DNA of 64,000 nucleotides. Origin: Euglena gracilis. Its lineage: Eukaryota. The notes below the pieces were generated by a model that made no database searches, was not told the DNA's origin, and saw only the letters and a list, made by a program, of their open reading frames with translations. The stretch covers positions 11,774,716-11,838,715 of the forward strand of contig CP154954.1 in assembly GCA_039621445.1 (NCBI GenBank), given 5' to 3'. Position 1 is the first letter of the stretch. Each line of letters begins with the position of its first letter. Below, piece by piece: positions 25,024 through 38,900 of the stretch. A program made the position numbers and the translations under genes.

Positions 25024-28000
25024 TAACTGAAAATAATTTTAAAACCTCCACCCAGCGCTTTACAGGGCGGTCCTCAGGCAAAAAAAAAACCTGTCCCCAT
25101 ACACTTCAAGCAAAAAAAAAGGATAAGGGGATTTTTGCTGGGGAAAATTTTTTGAAATTTTTTTTTGAAAAATGAATCCAAAATACATGCTTTTTTGATG
25201 GAAATCACATTTTTTCCCAAAAAAACCAGTATTTTAGGGCTGAAAATTGTTAGTTTTTAGAAGGCGGTCAAAAAAAAATGCAGGTCAAAAAAAAAGAGAC
25301 CAAATTTTGGAACATTCAAACTTTACTGACATTTTTTCTCTTAGAATTTTTTTGGATTTTCAGTGGCATTTTGTTTGCTTCCAAAAACTCTCAAAATCAA
25401 AATTTTGAGAAATGTTGAAATTTTAGAAGGTGTGAAAAAAAAATGGGGTTTGGGGGGTTTTGGGCAACATTTTGGGCAGTATTTTCACCAATTTCGGGAA
25501 AACGGGGATTTGGGCTGAAAAAAATTCTGAATTTTTTTAGAAGAATGAACCCAAAATACCGGGGGGGGGGGGGCATTGGGGCTGGATAAAATTAGAACCG
25601 ACAAAATTGGAAGCCAAAAAAATTGGTGTCAAACCTGAAAACGGCCCGGAAAATTTTGGCAGAATTTTTTATGTGAAAACGTCCAGTTATGGCAAGATTT
25701 CTTCTATGGCAACCAAAAAATTGGGGGGAAATGGTAAAAAATTGGCTGGATTTTCAAAAAAGGGCCAGAAAAAATTGGCAGGATTTTTGTACGCCAATTT
25801 TTTCTCGATCAATTTTTTCGGCCTCCAGTTCCCCCCACGGTACATGATTTTTGATGGAAAACTTCATTTCTTCACAAAAAAAACATCTCAAAGGTTTCAG
25901 GGTTAAATTTAGTAGTTTTTAGGAGGGGGTGGAAAATAACGAAGGTCAAAAAAAGTGGACCAAATTTTGGCACAGTCGAAATTTTACTGACATTTTTTTC
26001 ACTTGGAAATTTTTTGGATTTTCAATGGCTTTTTTGCTTCAAAAAAATCTCAAAACTAAATTTTTGAGAAAATGTTGAATTTTTGGAAGGTGGGAAAAAA
26101 TGGGGTTTTGAGGGGTTTTTGGGGGGACCTCCCATATGGGTCCCAAAATGGGTCAAAAAAAAAACCCCGCGCGCCGAGGTGCCGGAAAATTTTTCGGGTC
26201 CAATTTTTCGGGTTTCTGTGTATTTGGGGGGGGGGCGGTCCTTAAGGGGCGGTCCTTAGCTAAAAATAAAAAAAAAATCCCGTCCCTTATGGACCGCCAT
26301 GGCGCTTTACGGTATACTCTCGGAAGCGCAAGCAAAAAACGGTTACTTTCCAACTCCTTTCTATTTCTCAAATTCAGCACCCCTTCCACCTCTCCAGCTG
26401 GACAACGATTCCAATATTGGCAGTTGTGTGGTTTTCATGATAAGACGGAGCCGGTGGCAATCGATGGAGCCGCATGACCACCGCGGAGGCACGGGTGGCG
26501 CGGGCACCGCCGGGGTGAGCGGAGGGCTCCTGCCGAATGGACCGTGGGTCCCAACACTGCTGTCCGAGCTGGCGGGGCTGGAGGGAGTGGGATGTGCCAG
26601 GCGAGGCCAGGGTCGTACTGGAATGGCAGCCTGCCTCTGGCATTCTGACATGCACACGGAACAATTTTTATCGCTGTTCCGCGTTCTTATTGTTCCGACA
26701 GCAAGCACTCAACCTATCTCAGATCTTGCGAATTTAGGCTGGAAGAATGCCAATGGGGGGAACCCTAAACCTAACCAATCCCCTGCCCCATGTGGGAATA
26801 AACATTTGGTGCAAAAAAACAAACACGAAAAATGATTCCTTTTACAGGTGGTAATAATATATACAAAAATCCTCAAACAGTGGTACATCAGCGGGTAAAT
26901 CCCACCAATGAAAACACTCATAGGATAATTGGTGAAACCAATCTGCATTCGGATTGACCGGTATGAGGAGAGCTCCGCGATGAGGCGAAGTTGGATTGGG
27001 GCCATGGGTTAGAAAGGGGCCATGCCGCGAAAGCAGCATTGTGGCGAGTCTTCCGATGTCTTGTCCCATCAAGCAGTGACGGTTCACGCCTGACCATCGT
27101 TGGTTGACCACTTTCCAATGGGGAATGTGAAATGGTCTGGAATCCATGAAACGCAGGTTTTTTTTAATTTGCAGTGATATTCATGTACGTCCTCCCCCCC
27201 CAAGCCGAATGGACACCAAAATGAAATCTAGAGAATTAGGCAAACTCTTTGAGCGTGAGTATATGGGCATTTTCATTGCTGCAAAAGCTAACAAACTGGA
27301 GGTCCACACCCCTTGTTCATTGGGCAAGGGGGTTCATTACAAATGGGGGGGAGGGGTAAGCACCTAAAAACGCAAACAGGGAGTCAATGGACAGACAACC
27401 ACAAACAAAGCACCCTCTGTTACCACAGGCAAAGACATGTTAGGGTCAAAGCGGTCGCAGTGCAACGAATGAGGTGGGAAGGAAGAAAGCGTTCTCTAAC
27501 TATACTCCAGCAAGCAGGGCGGAACGGAAATGAATTTTGAAGACCTTGGTCAGATTGTAGGTGCAAAGGTTCAGGACCAATGCAGCCGAATCGAGTGCCA
27601 ATGCGAAAAACCAGCGTGATGGGACAATTTGAAATAAAATAAAAAATCAACACCCGTAATCAAAAACCAAACACATAAATTCACACAAACAAAAACGCGC
27701 GCAGGCACGCATACCTATTGCATTATGCCTTGGGATACCTGGGGATCCGAAAACTAGCCACTAGAAAAGCCACTAGCTGGACCCCTCTCTCCTGGGAGGT
27801 CCAGGGTCCGGGGCCCCCCAGGTACCCCAACTGGAAAACTCACCCCAACTAGCTGCTCGCCCAGGTGGAAATGGGTTTTTGTGTGTTGTTTTGGCTGTTT
27901 TTTTTTCCAGGAAAAATACCAAAAATTGCAAATTGGGTATGTTTGGCAGGTTTTGGGGGTCAAATAAAAAGTTTCCGGTGCTTTGTGCCAGTCACTTGTG

Positions 28001-29224
28001 GAAAAAAAAACACCACCTGGCCTGCAAGCGGAACCCCTGGGGGGTCCAAACCAAGTTTGGACTAGCTGCAGTCGACACCCCCCAGAGTTGTACTGTGAGT
28101 CCTTTTGAAGAACCCTGGTCTCGACGTTTTCTCGACACCCAAAAACCCCCCATTCAACGACCATAAATGTTTGCCTCTGACCAGGGAGGCGGTCGCTAAA
28201 ACTTTTTTTTATCTCTGACCAGGAGGGGGGTCGACCAGATTATGAAATGGGCAGGCAGGGGGGGGGGTTGGTCTGGACACCCCCGGGGGGGGGGGGGGTT
28301 GGACTCCCTCCTGGGGGAAAGAAGCGCCGGAAATTTTTGGGACTTGAAAAAGGCCCTAAAAATGCGTTTTCGCGTATTTTTTTTGAAAAATAGGCCAAAC
28401 CGTACACGAGAAAATAGAACAAAAAAGCCATTTTTGGTGTTTGGGGTGCCGGACGCCACGGTCCCGGTCCCGTTTCCAGTCCCCCATCAGTCTGAAGAGG
28501 GGAGGGAGGTGGTCTGGAACCCCCTGTAAACCGCCCCCAATAACACCCCCCCCCCGGTGTGTTATTTGGGCACCCGAACTGGGACCCCGGGGGGGGGGGG
28601 GGGGGTTATTTGGGGGGTGCTATTTTTACATGGAAAACCAAAGAAAAACAGGGGGGTGTTATTTGGGCGCTCGAAATCGGCCCCCAAGGGGGGGGGGTGT
28701 TATTTGGGGGGGGTGCTATTTGGGGGGGTGTTATTTGGAGGGGTTTACAAAACCAACACTCACTTAAACATCCCCCCCGAAAATAAGACTTGGGTGTTGT
28801 TTTCGGGTCTGTTGTTGGAAACCTCCAGGTGGGTCTTATATTTGGAGTTTGGAGATGTGGTAAATGTCAAATTGCGACAAATTTACAAATTTATTTACAA
28901 AAAAGTAACAAAAATTTGCACATGGCGCAAAGTACTGAAAGAAAATTTTAGTGTTTTTGGGTACCTGAAAAATAATGTTTATTTGGGCCCCGATAGGCCT
29001 TTTGCACTTCAAAGATCCTAGAATTTCTTTGAAACACCATCATTTTTGTGTCTAGAATTGAATGGGGTTCGGTGGTCCCAGGAACCCTTTCTAGTTGGCT
29101 AGCAAAATGGACCCCCAGGCAGGTATAGATGGGAAGCCTTTCAGTTTTGAGTTAGGCGGGGGGTCCAAACCCCCCCTGGGGGCTACACGTGACGTGGTAG
29201 CCCCCCCTCCCCGGATGTTGGGAG

Positions 29225-30158
29225 CAAGCACCTCTGGTCACCAATGCCCTTGGGCCCAGCATCGCCCAGCATCGCCCAGCATCGCCTTTGAAGCCCTTGG
29301 AGGTGTACCTCTTGACCCACATTCACTCAGATACCTGCCTCCAGAGCATCCACTATAGCACTAGCATACACTTCATCCACTTTTATCCACATTTACCCAC
29401 TTGTACAACTTTTGGCCATTCTTGGCCAATTTGGCCACTTTTGGCCACAGGGCCACTTTTGACCATTTCACATTGTCTAGTGCCTGCATCTTGTCCAGTA
29501 TCTGCACCTTTGTCAAGCATCTGCATCTTGTCCACCATCTTCATCTTTTCCAGTGCCTGCATCTTGTCCAGTATCCGCATCTTGTCCACCATCTGCATCT
29601 TGTCCAGTATCCTCATCCAGCATGTTGTCCAGTGTCCGCATCTTGTCCAATATCCACATCTTGTCCAATATTTGCATCTTGCCGAATGTCGCATCCATTG
29701 GCTCCCAACCTATCCAAAATGACCACAAACGCCCCAAAAACAATCACAAAAGCCCAAAAGGCCCCAAAAAAGCAACCAAATGACCTAAAATAGCTTGAAA
29801 TAAACAAAATAGGCGAAAAAAAATGCCCCCAATGTCCACAAAAGATCTTGAAAAATAACTGGCATAATATGACCAAAAATGCCATTAACGTGCTCATTAT
29901 ACCAAATTAGCTCAATGTTTGCCCAAATCAATGCAAAAATAGCCGGCAAAACAGCAAAAATTATTTCAAAATGGCCAACATAGGAGTAGTATTGGAGGTT
30001 TGTGGGAAAGTTATCCTAAAAGTGGTTTAATTCTTCAAAATATACAAAAAATGCCAGCATCGCCCAGCATCGCCCTGCATCGCCCAGCATCGGACCCCCA
30101 CCTCTGGTCCGAAAATCCAGCATCGCCCAGCATCGCCCAGCATCATCAGAGGTGCTTG
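29225..30158. mobile_element. 934-bp non-autonomous hAT-type element
   Basis: 12-bp TIR CAAGCACCTCTG/CAGAGGTGCTTG and perfect 8-bp TSD GTTGGGAG (29217-24, 30159-66). Subterminal GCATCGCCCA arrays and an internal 18-bp tandem repeat (~29480-29690). Confidence 0.9.
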
Positions 30159-30184
30159 GTTGGGAGGGGTGTCCGGACCCCCGC

Positions 30185-30590
30185 CAGGCATTTGCTTAAG
30201 GCCCCCGGGGGGGGGGGGACTGGCTAGCCAATCGGCTAGACACTGGAAAAAATGGACTAGCTAGAACCCCCCTCCCCCCCCCAGGGGGGGGGGGGTCCGG
30301 GGGTCCCCCGAACTGGAAAAATGAGGTTTTTAATAGGTTTTTGGCTGATTTTGTTCCAGAAATTGCCAAAAATGGCCAAAAACGGGCATTTTTGGCCATT
30401 TTTGGGGGTCCCAAAAATTTTTCGGCGCTTCGGTCACTGGAAAAAAAAATTCCACTAGCTAGCCCTGCTAGCAGACCCCCCCGGGGGGGGGGGGGTCTGC
30501 TAGAAATCCCACCAGCCAAATTTGGACTAGCTGCAGTCCAGCCCCCCCGGGGGGGGGGGGGGGGAGTGCAATCTCTTAAGCAAATGCCCG
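30185..30590. mobile_element. 406-bp hAT-type MITE
   Basis: TIR CAGGCATTTGCTTAAG / CTTAAGCAAATGCC(C)G; the copy A right end near 4775-4790 reads ...GCCTG. 8-bp flanks ACCCCCGC and ACCCCCAC. Confidence 0.8.
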
Positions 30591-32297
30591 ACCCCCACCC
30601 ACCCCCTACTTGGCAGGTTTCAAAAGATGCGAAAAGTTTTCCTCTGGTTCTACACCCGACGTGGGTCTTATTTGGGGGGTCTTATATTTAAATTTTTGCT
30701 CGATCGCAGGGGTGGGGAATTGACATTGGAGGCCTTTGGATAAATTGCAGGAAAAATTGCCGGGAAATTGCAGGAATTGCGGAAATTCGGTTTTGGGATT
30801 TAATGTACTTCTGCTGGAGAGGACATTAGAAAATTTTACAAATTTGGTCATTTTGCAACATACATGGAAATTTTGAGCCGGAAATCACATCTTTCCACCA
30901 AGAAGGTCCAAAAACACCACTTTTGGTATTTTGGTTGGTGGCAAGCTGGTCCTTGGCTGGGAATTCATTTGGTGAAAAATAACAAAAAAACGGCAAAAAC
31001 TGACGAAAAGTTTGGTCTCAGGTAAAATCTGATCCAGGATGCGGAGTTTTTCTTGTCGCAATTATTTCCCAGCAGATATTGGGGGGGGGGGACCTGAAAA
31101 GACCCAGAAATCGCCAATTTTGTAAATTTTAGAAATTTCGGCAAATTTGCAACAAAATAACAAAAAATCACCTCGGTTCCCTTGTAGAACGTTCAAGGAA
31201 TGGCCGGAACTCATTGTGGAAGGGGAAAAAATTGCGAAATTGCGGGAAAATTGCGGAAAATTACGGAAATTGTGGAATAAAAAAAAAATGCGGAAATCAA
31301 TCCCCTCCTGTCGATAGGCCCAGCATGGGGTTTTATTTTGGGGTCTCATTTTTGGAGGGTCTTATTTGGGGGGGGGGTTAATACCCTGGGGTTCACAGCC
31401 AAGTGGAGGGAAGGGGAGCCCAGATCGGCGAAAACTTCGCCACGTGTGAACTTCCCCTCTTCGCATGGGCGCATGGCCTGGGCCACGATTGAAGGGAAAG
31501 CCGGGGGGGGGCAACCTTAAGGGGCCAAATTTGTATGTTTTTAGTGGGCCAGATGCAAAATAAGCCAAAAACCTTAAAAAAGGGAGGAAAGCTTTAGGGG
31601 GGGGCAAGGTTGTATGTGAGGAGGGGGGGGGGTAGCAAGCGCCTGGGATTTTTTGTTCATTTTCAGAGTAATTTCATGGCTTCGGCCGTTTTTGACCGTT
31701 TGAGGGTAATTTTTTGAACAGTTTGTCATTTCTAGCCACTTTTAGCAACCGTTGGCTATTTTGTGGCAAAGCTTGCACAATTAAAAGCTGCTTTTAAAAA
31801 TCTACGTCAATTTTGGACATTTTGAATAAATGTGTGACCCTGTTTCCTCGTCATATTGAATTTTTCAGCGTTGTATTGTGATATTTTCCATTTTTTTCGT
31901 TCATTTTACCATTTTTTATTATTATTAGCAAAAAAAAGCAAAAAAATGTTTACATATTTATGGAGCCAACGTATCCAGAAAGATTGCATCGGACCAGAAG
32001 AGGGGGAGGTCGTTGCACAGAACCCTGCCCATCCTCTTGAATCCATTTCAACAATTCTTCATTTTCAGAAGGTCTTCACTTACATGATTTGCGAGTTAAC
32101 AAATCGACCACAGATACGCACACGTCGCCGAAGCTACATTATGTAAACCAGGAAAGCTGCTTTTTTCGGCAAGAACGTACGTACAGAGAGTGGTCCAGTG
32201 CTCCATTGGTGTGCTTCTGACAATGCGGGCTTGGGTGGGCGTGCATCCAGAAAACTGTCAGCAGCAGCACAACAGGAACTAACGTGTTGTTCCTGTA

Positions 32298-32925
32298 CCT
32301 CCCGCCCCCTTGTCCAACGACCAAACTAATGTTCGTCTCCGACTGGGGGGGGAGGGGGGGCGGTCGCTAAAATGGCCAATGTTCGTCTCCGACCAGGGGG
32401 GGTGGTCGTTAGACAAGGGGGGTGGAGCCCAAGTTGGAGGAAAATTTACCATAGATAGGGGGGTATATGGCCATTTTTGGGCTGTTTTTGGCCATTTATG
32501 CTATTTCTTGACTACGGTTGGCCACTTTTGGCCATTTTTGGACATTTTTGGGGCACTTTTGGGAATTTTTAGGCAATTTTTGACCGTTTTTCGCCATGTT
32601 TGGTCGCTTTTGGCCACTTTTGGCAACTGTTGGCCACACTTTGGCCCACTTTGCCCATTTTTGGCCACTTTAGGCTGTTTTTGGCTACGTTTGGCCATTT
32701 TTGCCTTATTTTTGCTATTTTTGGCAACTTTTTGGGCACTTTTGGCCATCCTTTGGCCATTTTAGGCCATTTTGGGCTATTTTTGACTGTTTTTAGCCAA
32801 CTTTTAGCCATTTTGGCCGAACCAACCATCGTATACAAAAAGGTCGTCTCTGACCGGGGGGGGGGGGGTCGTTAGACAAGCCCGGTCGTTAGACAAGCCC
32901 GGTCGTTGGACAAGGGGGGGGGAGG
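32298..32925. mobile_element. TA-flanked MITE, copy B
   Basis: Duplicate of 14278-14905. The right TIR GGTCGTTGGACAAGGGGGGGGGAGG-TA matches the left TIR. Confidence 0.75.
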
Positions 32926-35900
32926 TAAGAGGACAAGACACCCGCCTGCGCTAGGGCGGCAGCGGCGAGCGCGTTCGACTGTGTGAGGGGGCTTCTAAGG
33001 CAGCCAGCCCAGCGTTGGAAACAAGACCACCGGCCAACTAACCAACTAACCAATGGTTTGAGGAGCCCCCCCCAAAAAAACGGTGGTGTGACGGTATATC
33101 AGTGCAGCACAAAAGAACGAGGAGATTAAAAGCTAAGCAGGACCCCGCAAAATAGGAATTGGCTCCTACAAATCGGAGGGATAAAAAAAGGCACAAGTTG
33201 CTCCTTCAATTATTCTGCCCCAGTTTTAGAAAAAAATATTCTGACAATGCATTGTTAATGTATAATATTTTTTGCGTTCATTTGGGGGAATCCCGGATGT
33301 GTGTGTATTTTCCTGTTGAGAAATACCACAAGATACATTTCCATGATGGTGGCAAGGGTAAAACATGTCCAAAAGAACTCTGATATCAAACCAGCCAATC
33401 ACCGGCAACGGATTTCTTTTTTTGCTTTTGAGGGGCAATACAGACCAAAAAACACGCAAAAATCGGCAGAAAAAATGCTGGCTAGCACAATATTTAGAAA
33501 AAATTGATTTTTTTTTGCATCCTTGGACAGTATTTTTTTGCAGTTTCTATTTTTTTTCAACTACCCAGTTCGAACCCAGCAGCCTCTTTCGAGCCAGCCG
33601 AAATTTTCCATCCGCACCCGGGCGTCCTCAGGCGACGCCTTGTTTCCAAATTTCTGTTCTTGTGAGCTTCAGCCTCTTTGGCGATGCTTGGGTCTTCCTG
33701 CCTGCGATACTCCAACATGGCAGCTGTCGGAATGTGTCCAACTCCCAGGCAGAGGGGGGGATGGAACCACCCGGAATGCATACCTCATCCCAGGGGTCGA
33801 ATATGTGTCATATTTGTGAAATGATAGGATGAACCCCCCAAATAACACCCCCTGGGGTATTATTTTTTCGCCCGGAGTCCCGGCCCGAGGAGGGGCGGTT
33901 TTATTTGGGGGGGGGGGTATTATTTTCGAAATTTTTCGAAGTCCCATTGGATCCAAAATAGCGCCAAAGCCCCCCCTTTGGGGTCATTTTTTGTACTTTC
34001 TTTTGCAATTTATCATTTTTTAGAGGTCAGATGATCCAGAAAAATCGAATTTTTTTTGTAATGTGTTGTCAGAGATTGTGAATTTTACCTTCTTCTTTTC
34101 ATTTTCTTCCTTCTTCTTTTGGGCATTTTCAAGCCTTTCTGTGATGATTAATTAGAAATCTAGACGGATTTTTTCCCCTCCGCCCAGGTTCTGGGAAAGA
34201 AACGTCTCATCCAGCCTTCTTACTGCAAAATAAATCAAACTCTTCGATGGGGGGGCCCGAGGCTGGAAAAAGGCAGCTGGCTGGTGGACCCTCCCAGCCA
34301 GGGATGAGGTGCCCTCCAGCTTAAGTGATGCCTTGCCTGGAATGCGAGAGACACCTCCTTAAACAAAGAGGGAAGTGGACAGATATGGAGACATGGGTCA
34401 TGAGCGGATGGGGTGTTTACACCTGGCATGGGCACGGCAATAGCAACCAGGGCACGGGTTCTTAGTGGAGACTGTATGACAGCTGCAAGCCTCGCATCGT
34501 TGCTGAGAGGTGGTCATTAGGACGATAATCAGAACATGGGTTACCATTTGTTGTTATCCACAAATATCCGTAATTGCAACAGTGCCTGTGCTGACTGGGG
34601 ACATCCACCCAGAAATTGCTGCAACCAATGAGAACAGAAAGATTGATTGCAATATCGACTCAGAAATGCCCACAATAAAAAAATTGTCACTGAAAAATGA
34701 GTAAGCCGTCCAAAAGCAGCCAGAAACAGCTGGAAAGCAGCGAAGCGGCCTGGAAAAAAAAGGCACAAAAGACCAAATCAAATCAAAAAACATATCCAAA
34801 TATCCACAAAACGGCTGAAAGCGGCCAGAAACAGCCAGAAATGGCCAAAATGTGGGCTGAAAATGGGAAGCAGCTGAAACAGTCAGAAGTCGCCAAAAGT
34901 GACCAAATGCAACCAAAAGCAGTCAGAAATGGCCAAAAGTGTCAAAAGAAGCAGTCAAAAAAGTAGCCAAAGCATCCAGATGAAGCAGCAAAAAGTGGCC
35001 CATAATTGCCGAAAATGGCCTTAACAATCAAAATTTTGGTGTATCCGTAGTTATCCGCAGTTATTCATATTGAGGGTTTTTGGGCTTATCGTAGCTATCC
35101 GTAATCATCCGTAGTTATCTGTTTCGGTATGAGCCCATCCCTGACACACACCACTGCAAAATCTTTTGTAGAAAAAAAACGACAGAGGAGGCAAAAAAAT
35201 TCTTTGGTCAAATATTGGTCTGTGCTTCAAATCATTAATGTCTTGGAAACAACCACTCCAAATTAAATGTGGGAGTTTGACGCCACATATGAATTATGCA
35301 TTACAGAATCAGAAGCCAGGCTCATTGTCTTGTGGGCGGATGATGGTGGGTAGGTTGAAGGTCAGCTATCACGGGGGAGGTGGGTTCGCAAAAGGGCTCC
35401 CAGCAAACTGGTCCGCAGCGTGGCGTGCTCCTGCTCCACTGCACCCATCGGGTTCGTTGCACCGGTCTTCGTTCTTGCAACATGCATCAAATAAACACCA
35501 TGGCAAACCGGAGCTATCTAGACTTCCGCTCTTCCCAACTCTCCTCTGGACTGAAAAGGGTCTTATAATTTCGGGGGGGGGGGGGGCCTTTGCACAGCTT
35601 TCGACGTTCAGCGTTCAAAAATATCAGCACATCGATTCTGCCTGTGCTCCATGGATGTTTTTTTGGTGCGAGGTATGCGTATAAAAACGGTGCTGGTTCG
35701 GGTGGATTATTTGAACATCAAAAACAGCTGCAATCCGGGTATTAGCGCTTCTGGGAGGTCCTTCTTTGGAAACGAGAGGTGAACATTACTGTGGCCCCTC
35801 GTTCTGCAGCGTCTGGGCTGTTTGTGACAAAGGCTGACTGGCCGCAACAGGGGTGGGGGGGGGCGACCTTCCTCCCTCTCTCTCACCCAGAGAACTTCGC

Positions 35901-38900
35901 AATTACTCAGTTGCATCAGAATGGAGAAAACGAGAAACGACCTTCTGAAGCAGCAAAGGCGCGAACAAAAAGTTCGCTGTTGACAGGCAGCAGAGAAATA
36001 TGAAAAATGGACGAAAACGTATCTTGTTAACTCAGAACCGCATAACAGGCAAACGTTACATTGGAAGTTGGGAATTACAAAGTGGCATGACCCAGCTACT
36101 GGATTATTTGGTCAATTTGTGTCAGAGGATGAATGAATTGGAACTTTAAAATGAAATACAATGCACATATCAACCAATATCTGTCTGTCTGTCTGCCCCT
36201 CTGTCTTGTATATAAATCAGGGTTAGGGTTAGGGTTGGAGTAAAAAAAAAAAAAACGTGTTGTGTTTCACGGTTGTGTTTTGTCAGTGTTTGTGCCAAAA
36301 ATAGCCAAAACCCCGCCTCCAGCAGGGGACCCCAAGGGCCTTGGGGTCCCCCCACCAACCTACCAGGCCTTCCCATATTACTGGGGGCGCAGAATTTTAG
36401 TTCAAAATTTTCTTTGCGGGCTTGTGGGGGGTCGGCCCCCTATCTGGTCGACCATCCCCACCAGGTCTTCCCATGCTTCCTATGGGTCGACCACCCCACC
36501 CACCACCCATTACCCATTGGGTTTCAGGGATTCCCGAAAGCCCTTGCACACCCACCAACCCTACCCCTCCCTCTCACTCGTTGTGTCTCGCATTATTTGT
36601 CTGCCTGCTTGTCTGTCTCAGCAACACGTGCAACACACCCTCTGTGCCGGAACAGCCAATTCCAATGAACACACCCAGAATCATCCAGGTTTATTTTTTG
36701 ATGGAAGCGCCCTTCCAAATGCTCTTCCAAAAAAAGAATCGCGGTTTTCCCCACATCCCACTGAGGTTGTCCTATTTTATGGTATTAAAGCAATTCAATT
36801 AAAAAAAAGTATAAAAAATAAATCATCAGAATCAGAAATCAGAAAGAGAATGGGGGGAGATAAGAAAGGTGATAGACAATGAGAGTGGCTGGAAAGGAGT
36901 AGAAACACATGTGAACTTGTAGCAGGAGGGGCGACCTAAAAAGAATGCAGCAAACATGGCTGGCACGGTGGCTATATAGTTACCGAGGCTGTGATTTGGA
37001 GAAGGGGAGGAGGGAAACCTGGGAATAGCCGACCCGGGAATAGCCGACCACTGGAATATAAAGGCCAAAGCCATATTGGCCTCAACAGCCCTTTCCAACA
37101 GTGGGTGGTTGGGTGCCAAACTGACTTGAAATGCCAGGAGCACGCATATTTTTATTGACTTTAGCGTAACTCGCACAAAAACTTTTTGGGTTGGTCTGCG
37201 CAAACACACACACACCCGGAGTTTGATTTCTTCGCCAGAGCTTCCAGAACCTTGAGAACTTGGATCGAGGGGCAGCACGAGTGTGACAGATCCGAGCAAA
37301 TTCTCTTTTTGAGGGCTTTCACTTCCTGCTTTGGCCAAATTTCTTGCTTTTTCCAGCTTTTTGTTTTATTTCTGCATGGCACAAAATCCCCAGCGTGCAC
37401 GACTGGCCCGGAACTCACACACGCGCGCGCGCACACACACCCTAGAACTATTATCTCTCTCTCGCTTCTCCATAGAAATTTTGAGGAACGTTTTATATTA
37501 ACCTGCCTCAGGGTTTATCACAAAAATAAGGATCCCGAGGAGGCTACCTCTGCACCTGGAGGAGTAGGTAACCAGGCTCAGAAAGGCTCCACGGAGGGAA
37601 GGCTCCGGGGGGGGGGGGGGCTCCCAGAGCAGCAAAAAAATCAGTTTTGCCACGGCATGGTTGGACGTCGGGAAACACTCAGAGGTCGACGTTAACGTTA
37701 AGAATTACATTTGTTAACTTAAAGAGAGTTAAATTTAGTACAAACTTGGAAGGAGAAGGTGACTGTAGCTCAGTAGCTCAGTGGAAAGAGGGTCTGTCCG
37801 ATACAACCAGGGTTCTCAGGGGCCGGATCCAGGCCAGGGCCCATGTCCAGGTCCATGTGCAGACTGTACCCTCTGGTATGTGGTAAACTGAGAGCACGTC
37901 GCGGCTCACGCCCACCGGCGCCACTAGGTCCATGATTCATCCTCAAAGCCCCCGCCACTTGTCCCGTGGATTTTTTTTAGTCAAAATACATGTTTGCAGG
38001 TTTCTTGCAGCCACCAGGCTGTCAACAAGCCCCGGTGTAGCAACAGCCACCGCCTCCCCCCCCCCCCCAGGCACAGCCAAAATTTCACACTTTAGGACCA
38101 TTTTCATGGAAAAACATCGAAAAATGAAACAATTTTGGGTGAGTGAGGGGAGAGGGGGGCTGTGCCTCCTCCCCCCTTCCCCCCTCTTCCACACTGAACC
38201 ACCAGGGTGCAGCCAAAAATTCACCCATTTTTGCCCATCTTCCTTGCACAATCCCCAATTACATACTTTAAACAATTTGACCTGCTGAAAACAAGAAAAA
38301 AGGCAGCTGTTCGGTTTCATGAGGCAAACAAAACAAGCAGGATATTTTCCACAACTTCAGCTGAAGGGATGGATTGCGCAAGTGCGTTAAACTGACCATG
38401 TGCACACTTGTGCAGACCAACCATTTGAGTATTTGTACAAAATGGTCGATGTGCGCATTTGCGCACACCGACTACCTGCGTTTATTTATGCCAAATGGTG
38501 TGTAATTTTGCACAAATCGACCACTTGTGGATTTTTTACTTGAAAAAAATAAGCAAATGGTCGATATGCCCAATTTTGCACACGAACCTTCAGTTCACAA
38601 GTAAGACCTGAAAATCTGACATACGCACAACCCCCCCCCCCCAAATATAAACCCCCCCTTTTTTATATTTGGATGGAAATTTCAAAACCCTCAGGGGGGT
38701 TTAATATTTGGGGGGGGGGGGTTATATTCGATCGGAAAAATCAACTTCCTGGCAGGATCCAGTAGTCACTTTTTCGGTCCAAAATAACAAATACACCCAC
38801 CCTTGGGGGTCCAAATATCTCACCTTTCAGGCGAAGAAGAAATTTTCACACGTTTTCGGTAAAAATTGCTCCCAAATCTGCCAAAAATCACAATATCAGG

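Larger units (their letters stand above)
2780..26813 (+). repeat. Tandem segmental duplication, copy A (~24 kb including the LINE)
   Basis: Sequence from 2781 (AAAAAAACAAACACGAAAAATGATT) restarts at 26813 and stays colinear to 43600 at visibly high identity. The ORF-track peptides recur in pairs. Confidence 0.95.

Noticed and set aside
29288-29897. Repetitive ORFs (HLVQYP, ILDKM)
   Set aside because: An 18-bp tandem repeat open in several frames inside a non-autonomous element.
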